Shown piece after piece: positions 55,239 through 64,000 of a DNA stretch of 64,000 nt. Under the pieces are notes generated by a model. It was not told the DNA's origin. It saw only the letters and a list, made by a program, of their open reading frames with translations, and did no database searches. The first letter of the stretch is position 1; every line of letters starts with the position of its first letter. The DNA lies in assembly GCF_964204865.1 (NCBI RefSeq), contig NC_135255.1, positions 13,330,001 to 13,394,000 of the forward strand. The letters run 5' to 3'. This DNA comes from Styela clava (taxonomy: Eukaryota). The translations under genes were made by a program, and so were the position numbers.

Positions 55239-55788
55239 CGGCCGCATAGGTTGCAGTGGCCATACGCTGGTCGTGTATCTAAATATTTCTCAGCGGGTCT
55301 GTTCTAGTACACTCGGCAGACTAACATTGATAATAATAAAAAAGATTTAACGCCTTTCATATCTATTTTTGTATTTAACCGCTTACTATTAAAGTGTGTA
55401 AAGCGTGTCTTAATTTAGCATATCAGTATTTAGGGATTACATACATTTGGAACAATTGAAGGCCAAATATATTGTAATATTCTTAAATTTGATTGTCCTG
55501 GGATATGCCTGTTTAGTATCAAATTTCCAAATAAATAATACATTTATAGTAATACATTTACAATCCAGCAATGTGGAAATTCCCACTATTTGAATAAGTA
55601 TGAAAATAGAATAGGATTCGGTATTCTGGATTCGATTCAACTATTCTAGAATAGTAAATTATTCTGTAAGTGGAATTGCAAGTGGATTAATCAAAGCCAT
55701 ATACGTATGCATTCAATTCACTATAAACCAGCTGTATTGACTGCATTTGAAGTATAATTCTAATGCTAGCTTCAAACAGGCGGTAAAT

Positions 55789-57547
55789 ATGAGTAAGAAT
55801 ATACTATATTGTATGTTTTTGAGCATTCAATTGCTCGTCAACCAAGTATATTGCAATCAAAAAATTTGCATGCAAATTGAAAGTGTCAATGCAGAAGAAA
55901 CGTACCCAGTTCCACCACAACGAAGCTCACAGGGTGTTCTAGGCAAACATGGACCACCTGGTGAAATTGGCCCGAAAGGGCCACAGGGGCCAAGAGGCCC
56001 AAAGAGAATTGTTGATTATGAAAGAATGAATGCAGCAATAGAATCAGGTAATTTAAATTATTATTTATTTGCTATTGCCCGTAAGCATCAGTGGGGCTTG
56101 TACAAAGCCTTGTTTCGAGTGGAAGATCATGCAAAAATTACAGATTTCCCTTTATAAGAATATATTGAAGTTTACTTCTTATTGTAAATATATATATATG
56201 CTCTACATCTTTTCATTTGATGATATGAAGACTTTCCGTATGAATGGACTTGGTATATACAAACTTAATAATGTGGTTTTGGCAGAACATCCAAGTATGT
56301 TGTGTTGCAAACTTTATTCACTCATTGATTGAAAAATTCAAAAAAATAGTGTATCACTAATTTCGATGTTTTTAAATAATTTAGTTTGTTTGATTTGTAC
56401 TATTAGTTCATCGACCCATTTATATATAACTTATTTCAGCGATAAATGATCTGCGGACAGAAACGGAAGAAAAGATGAATAAAACCATGAATGATCTTCA
56501 GCAGAGGATGGGTAGCTAATAGTTACTAAACTATCAATTATGTAAAACTGTTTTGTTAACATTACATGATGAATTTTTGACGAAGAGTTTTGAAACATAG
56601 AATTAAAAGCCAACTAGAAACATAAAAGTTGTTTGGCAAACATGATTTAGAATCTATAATTCCCAATAAACAGAACTAAATATATTTTTCTTTTTCTAAA
56701 TATAATAGTCAACTGCAAGTCTTTTATAAGAATAATTGTTATCGGATGGAACTTCGCAAAACCAAAATGAATTTTGACCAAGCAACACAAGCATGTAGAG
56801 ATTTTGGTATGAATATTGGATACATTGAAGATGAAACACATTATCAAAAAAAGCAGAGTTGGTCAGATCAAAATCAACATTATCTAGAACAGGATACTGG
56901 ACAGGACTATTGTACATAAAGTGAGTGAGTACTAGTATTTAAATTTGATTTATAATGAATATGGTGAACTACCAATTCTTTATCATATATATCTAATTAA
57001 ATTATCATTGATTTATCTCAGCATAGACTCGGCGGTGTAGAGCATAGTGCTAAGCATTAGGAATATGCTTGCCACAGCACCTCTGATTACACTGCGTGGG
57101 TTCGCAGGCCCTATCCCTTTGGGGATAACAATGTACGAGATCATTGCTGGACTCCTCGCTTCTTAGGGTGGTTCACATAAATGCTGGTCAATTACGGTTT
57201 CCTTCACCATCAAGTTCATTCCTCACAAAACAACTAACCCCATACCCGACATGGACTACTAGCCGGATGGGAGGTTGTGGTTCCCCATATGATTATTAAG
57301 CAACCTTATCATCTCCCCCTTGATACATATGTAACTCCTATCCTATTTATTTCAGCAACTTGTGACACTTTCTGGAAACCCCTTATCGTTCACTAAATGG
57401 TATCCGTACAAACCCAACAGTGGTGAGCAATACAAAAATGTGTACATTTGGATAATGAAAGATACAGGAAATGTATACCAGGGCATGGATAACTACATTC
57501 CAACATTCAAACAAGCTGGAGTGTTATGTCAAATCATGCATACTTAA
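55789..57547 (+). pseudogene. Collectin-like pseudogene copy E
   Basis: Exons 55789-56047, 56440-56511, 56709-~56920, 57356-57547. Two 1-nt deletions in exon 3 (~56717 and ~56851), Gly>Arg in the last collagen triplet, and the upstream promoter block of the other copies is absent. Confidence 0.85.
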
Positions 57548-58815
57548 GATCGGATTAGCAAGATCGGATTAGCAAGCATTGTCCACCGAGTTCTTTTCGT
57601 TAAGTTCTCTGATCACACAATACTACAATGCTAGTTAGGTTGTCAAATTACATAAAGCATATGGAGCACCTGATTACAGAATTCTATTTTATTATTATTT
57701 TATGATTCGATTATTATCGTGCTTGTGATCAATTACGTTACCTGCGATGTGACTATGGTCAAAATTAATATTGAATTGTGTTTTTTGTTATTGGTGACAA
57801 ATATATAAATAATAAAAAAGTATATCATTGTCGGCATATATAAAAGATAGAGATGGGAGAAGCATATTTGATTACTAAAGCAGTTGTTTTGTGGAAAACA
57901 GCAAATTTCAATTACATATCAGTCAAACAGACGATTATTCTTAATACCATTAAATATTCAGGAGGAAATTCGATCTGAGCAACTTCATGGATACTCTGAA
58001 ATAAAGGAAATTCGAGATGCAAAATACTATTTCGAACCTACAAATGACTGTTTTCGGTATTTCATCATTTTTTAACACGAAAATGTCAAGTGTTTTATTG
58101 AAAACAACACCAAAATTGCGGAAATGTCATAGCAAAATAATATGGGAAACAAGTTTTATGCAATTTCCCATGGTAACCCAATACATCCAATATATTCATG
58201 GCAAAATATTATCACCTTACACATTGGAGTTTACTGCTTGAAAAAACACAACACTTGAAAGCTAAACAACCGTGTCAATTCAATATAAATACTTCCAGTA
58301 TTCAAAATTTACGAGCTAAACCAAAGAATACTCTTGATGCAGTAGGTTGGCGAGCATAGATGTATTTGTCTTAACTTTGTAATTAACAATTAGTAAGATA
58401 AGTTTCATTTAATTGGAATTTATAGAAATCAAATCTCATTTATCGATTATGTTTTGAACAGTTAAAAACATACTCGACATCGTAGCATTGATAACCTTCT
58501 CGGGCTTTAATCCCCAATGTTGGATACAAATGTACGAGTGGCGGGTAAGCCAATTCATATAATGATGGTTAGTTACGGCTTCCTCCTCCCTTAAATTTAT
58601 GCATCTGAAACTAAGTTGTTCCTCTATCCATTCCCATGCCCAACATATATACAAATCCTAACCTAAGTAAAAACCGTAAGTAAGTAATTGGAAAAGTACA
58701 AACGCTACAACAAAGTGCAATAATCTATGGCAGAAATGTATGTAATCAATTTATTCTAAGCCAGCTGTGTAGACTGCATTTCAATTCTAATGCTAGCTTT
58801 AAACAGGCGTTAAAT

Positions 58816-60568
58816 ATGAGTAAGGGTATACTATATTGTATGTTTTTGAGCATTCAATTGCTCGTCAACCAAGTATATTGCAATCAAAGAATTTGCATGC
58901 AAATTGAAAATGTCAATACAGAAGAAACGTACCCAATTCCACCACAACAAAGTTCACAGGGTGTTCCCGGCAAACGAGGACCACCTGGTGAAATTGGCCC
59001 GAAAGGATCACAGGGGCCCAGAGGACCAAAAGGAATTGTCGATTATGAAAGAATTAATGCAGCAATAGAATCAGGTACTTTAAATTAATATTGGCCGTAA
59101 GCATCAGTGGGGCTTGTACAAAGCCTTGTTTGAAGTGGAAGAACTTGCAAAAATTACAGATTTCCGTATATAAGAATATACTGAAGTTTACTTCTTATTG
59201 TATATATATATATATATAGTTTACATCTTTTTAAATGATGATATAATGACTGTCTGTATAAATGGACTTGGTATAGACAGAACTTAATAATTGGGTTTGT
59301 GCAGAACATCCAAGTATGTTATGTTGTGGACTTCATTTACTCATTCATTGGTAAAATTAAAACAATGCATCCCTAATTTTGATGCTTCTATAAAATTTAG
59401 TTTGTTTGATTTGTATTATTACTTCAGCGACCCATACTTTTTTATTTAACCCATTGCAGCGATAAATGAGCTGCGGACAGAAACGGAAGAGAAGATGAAT
59501 AAAACTATGAATGATCTTCAGCAGAGGATGGGTAATAGTTACTAAACTATCAATTATGCAAAATTTTTTTGTTAACATTACATGATGAATTTTTTGTCAA
59601 AGAGTTTTGTCTCAAATATAAAATCAAATGCAAACTAGAAACTTAAAAATTGTTCGACAAATATGATTTAGAATCTTAGAATTCCCAACACAAAATTAAT
59701 TTTTTTTCAAACAGAGATAAATGAAATTTTCATTTTCTAAATATAATAGTCAACTGTGATGTCCTTCACATGAATAATTGTTATCGGATGATACTTCGTG
59801 GAACCAAAATGAATTTTGACCAAGCAACACAAGCATGTAGAGATATTGGTATGAATATTGGATACATTCAAGATGGAACACATTATCAAAAAATAGCAGA
59901 GTTAGTCAGATCAAAATCAACATCATCTCTTACAGGATACTGGACAGGACTATTGTACATAAACTCAGTGAGTATTTAAATATGATTCATAACGAATATG
60001 GTGAACCAGCAATTTTTTATCATTTCTATCACATTAAATTATCATTGACTTATCTCGGATTAGGCTCAGAGCATAGTGCCAAGTTTGAGGAATACGCTTG
60101 CAACAACACCTCTGATTACCCTGCGTGGGTTGGATGGTCCGATCCTGTGTGGGATAACTATGTACAAGATAATTGCTGGATTCCTCGCTTCCATAGGGTG
60201 GTTCACATAACCACTGTCCACTGGTCAGTTACAGCTTCCTTCACCGTCAAGTTCATGCATCAGAAAACTGGCTAACTAACCCCATACCCAACATGACTGG
60301 GTTCCCCATATCATTATTAAGTCACCTTATCGTCTCACCCTTGATACATATGTAACTCCCATCCTATCTATTTCAGCAACTTGTGACACTTTCTGGAAAT
60401 CCATCACCATTCACTAAATGGTATCCGGGTACACCCAGAAGTGGTGAGCAATACAAAAATGTGTTCATTTATGTCAGGAAAGATACAGGAAATGTATACC
60501 AGGGCATGGATAACTACATTCCAACACACAAACAACCTGGAGTGTTATGTCAAATCATGTATACTTAA
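58816..60568 (+). CDS. Collectin-like protein copy F, intact, 246 aa
   Basis: Exons 58816-59074, 59460-59531, 59750-59967, 60377-60568; open frame, GT-AG. Confidence 0.9.
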
Positions 60569-61152
60569 GATCGGATTAAAAGCATTATCCACAGAGTTAT
60601 ATTTGTTAACTTCTCTGATCACACAATACTACAAGGCTAGTTATATTGTCAATAATCAAATAACGTAAATCATATGGTGCACCTGATTACAGAATTCCAT
60701 TTTTTATGTTTATTTTATGATTTGATTAATATCTTGCTTGATATCAATCCTCCATGAGATGACTATGGTCAAAATTAATATTATATAAATAATGAAAAAT
60801 AAAAAAGTATGGTATATATAAAAGATAGAAATGGGAGAAGCATATTTTATTATTAAAGCAGTTGTTTTGTGGAAAACAGCAAATTTCCATTTTATGACAG
60901 TTGAAGGATTAATTAACATTAACAAACAGACAATTTTTCTTAATACCATTAATTCTTTGGAAGGGAATTTGATGAAAAAACAATGTCATGCGCACTCTAA
61001 AATAAAGGAAATTGATAACCACTGAAGTATAAAGAGCTACTGAGATTATAAGAATTTTGATGTAGAATTCAGTCTTAGTGCATGTGTATTCAAAATATAA
61101 TGCAATAAACGTAATAAAGGATCTATAATTAGAAAACATCTCAATACCATAC

Positions 61153-63454
61153 CTGTGTGGCAGATAAGCTGTCTCCCCTCTTCACCAAAACATCTGCCCA
61201 CATCATAGAAATACCAGTCACTCCCTTTTTCATCTGTCTTATCGTTTCCTCATTTATTAACAGTTTTTGTATCGCAGTAGTCATAGTTTTACACAAAAAA
61301 CTGTAAATCCAAGAGAAAATTTTTTTCTCCAATGAAAATGATGTTATAAATATAACTTTGCCATTGACAAAATGTTTGTATAACCTCATTTTTATTTTTC
61401 TATTTTTTCTAACAAAAATGGAAATGAGATAGACAAGAAGAAATTGAAAACTCAGTCAAACCTTTCCTCTTATTACTAGAATCTTATTATCATTTTCAGG
61501 AACAAATTATTAAAGTTACAAAATTTCTGACATTACATTTAGATAAATGTGGAATGAAAATTTACATTTCGTTTTAAATTTGCGATAATTTTTAGAATAG
61601 AAAGACATAAATCAGAATGATATGTTTAATTTGTTACTGTATATATGATACTATGTAAATAAAATCATTCAGTTATTCAGTTGTTTTATTCATCGATCAT
61701 GGGGGAATGCAACATAGAATTCAATGAAAGGAATAAACAAGTTATAAGTACTGGTTAGGATGAAGTTAAAAAAAAAGACGATTCTCAATTCTTACTTGCA
61801 ACTATTAGCAGTGTCCAATTTTTGCTGAGATATTTCCAATCGCAATTTTTCCCGAAGTAATTGTAACGCTGATAATGGATCTTCAGTTGATGAAGAATTC
61901 TTGATAGCAACTGAATCAATCATAATTATAGTAAAATTCGGTGTAACTTTGAAAAATCAGAAATTGAATGGATCAAATATCTGACTGCTAAGGGTTAGGA
62001 ACATGATTTTCACCACTCTGATTACATGTGTAAGTTCGCAGGTTTGAATCCTGTGAGAGATAATTATGTGCGAGAAAATTGCACGATTACTCGCTGGGTG
62101 GTTCACGTGACTGCAAACTCATCCCATACCCAACATGGACCGGGAACTGGACAAGAAGCTGTAGTTCACCATGTGATAAAGCAGTCTTAATGGCATTCCC
62201 CTCTGCAGAATAAATATGTGAATCATCTCCTATGATAATACTTATGATATAGTCCTAATTGCCATTATATCAAAATTCATACCCTACAGACACACTCTTA
62301 TTCTTATATTTTCAAATTTTATCTATGCGAATTTTTCAGTCTTAACGAAAGAAAATATATTTTTATATGTATTTGGAATGGTAAATTATTTAGTTTGGCC
62401 ATCCCGGACCATCGCCGTTATCCGAGTAAACAGGTCATAATAAAGCGTTGAGAATCACCCCCAATGGGCATATTCGATAGTCTATTAGGCTACTCACTGT
62501 CAAGGTCAGCATGCAGGTTAGAATAGAAATTTTCATCAAGTTTATTCCTTGAATTAGAGTCAAGCTGAACTTCTAATCCTGGATAAACTTTGATCTCGAG
62601 ATAATTTCGAGCATTGTATGCAGAGCTGAAAAGTGACAAAAAAAATGATATGTATTTCTGCTCAATACAGAAATTTGACTTGCTCACAAATACAAAGTAA
62701 TTATGGGAATAACGGATTCAGGTATTTATTTTCACTGTGCATGAAAAATTAAGTCAGTTTTTAGTTTTTATAGTCTGTAAATTTGACTATTGCAATTTTC
62801 AAAAGAGTAAATGAGAAAACAATGACACATAAAAAGCAGTGCTGTTTTGACAGCAAAAGAATAGGATGTTTCACTAAATAGTGCATTGTGAAAAAAAAAA
62901 CAATAAAACAGCTCAACCAATAACCATATTGCACACCATACCATATCCTATTATTCGATTGCTAGTCTACCTTGTGTATAAGGAAAAGGTAACCAATTGA
63001 TCATTTGAGATAGATGGATATGGATAAAACTTGGTATTGTTTTTAGACGCTCACTTGCACCTTCCGCTGCCTACAACACCCTGTACAGGTAGCAACTGAG
63101 AACTCACTCAAACCCAATCAAAATGTATGAAGCTACTGCTATTCGAACGGCCACGGATCTTCCCAGTTAGGCCTACACATTTTTATAATACCTTGAGTGA
63201 GGTGGGACTTATGGGATATTACCCCAAGATGAATAATATTATTAAAGTACCAAACCAGAAAACCCTTCTTTTCACTTTTTGTAACATTACTTTATATTTG
63301 GAAAAAAGCATCGTGGGAGATTATTGAAATGCACGACGTTTAAATATGTCAACCAAAGATGACTAAGATCAGTCGACGTCAAACATCTATTCAAATAAGA
63401 TGTAGAAAAGGTGGGAAACTTCTGACATTGTTGAGAGAATTCTTTTACTGTTAG
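61153..63454 (-). pseudogene. ZFC3H1: ZFC3H1-like middle exons, unit 4 (continues beyond the window; status uncertain)
   Basis: Exon 61300-61153 and paralogs of the 10212, 10841 and 11631 exons, with frames apparently open. Confidence 0.7.
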
Positions 63455-64000
63455 CTGTAGAAATGTTTTCGAATGTTAGAGGGACAAAAGTTGTAAATTA
63501 AGATCAGTCTAGATAAGGGTTATTCAAAATGAACCTTTCGCTCCACTAGGGGACCACAGAGAGTTTCCCTCTGGGCAAAAAGCACTTTCACTAGGTTTCA
63601 TTCACGATGACGATGACAGATCTAGATTAACATTCCAAGTTATCGAGTAAAATCTTGTCTGATATTATGCAGAAAATTTGAAAATTAAAAAAAAAAAAAA
63701 TTTTCTTTTGAAATATTTTGCTCTCGGTCACAAATTATACATATGGATCGCTATACTATTTCTGATTGTTGTTATTCTTGTTGACGTTATTTGGAAAAAA
63801 TTACCTTTTCTGCAGCCAGTACTGCTTGATTTCTCATTTTTAGTACTTAGATAGAAAAAATTGCAAAATTGCTATTGCTTTTATTTTACTTCCAAAATTC
63901 TTCTATGAGACCATTATATTTACGAAAAATTTTATGGCTTTAATTAAAAAGGACACTTTTTTATTTCATCACACTGGTCTTTTTTTTCATAATTGGTGCT

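Larger units (their letters stand above)
47505..64000. repeat. Segmental duplication unit 4 (internal deletion/TE replacement; two collectins)
   Basis: 47505-51796 matches 1-4084; 61141-64000 matches ~9600-12330. Confidence 0.85.

Noticed and set aside
53919-60568. Diversity-generating retroelement (RT next to variable C-type lectin ends)
   Set aside because: The RT is an ordinary truncated CR1/L2 LINE. There is no intron-free template repeat, and exon-4 differences are not adenine-restricted (e.g. GTC/CCC, CAC/CAG).
1-64000. Whole array as uncollapsed haplotypes
   Set aside because: Four units with distinct TE insertions, deletions and collectin content exceed two alleles. A partial assembly artefact cannot be excluded without read depth or long reads.

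Overview
AT-rich, intron-containing animal DNA (invertebrate; a tunicate-like source is only an inference). The window is a tandem segmental amplification of a ~15-16 kb unit. Units start at about 1, 16378, 32739 (5'-truncated) and 47505. Each unit carries the 3' (HAT-repeat) exons of a ZFC3H1-like gene on the minus strand, mostly damaged or truncated. Nested antisense inside one and the same intron of that gene are six copies (A-F) of a 4-coding-exon collectin-like gene: signal peptide, 9 Gly-X-Y triplets, coiled-coil neck, C-type lectin domain, 246 aa. B, C and F look intact. A has one frameshift; D and E have several lesions. The lectin exon lacks EPN/QPD/WND and the inner disulfide, and differs between copies almost only by amino-acid-changing substitutions at canonical ligand-binding positions. 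The copies are mosaics of each other. Five copies have a conserved upstream inverted pair of CSL/Su(H)-type sites with a 16-17 bp spacer, followed by a TATA box. The rest is TE-derived: CR1/L2-type LINE fragments, a tRNA-derived SINE family, and hAT, piggyBac, Tc1-like and other MITEs, several with matching empty sites in sister units. All family assignments are from reading and recall, not database searches.
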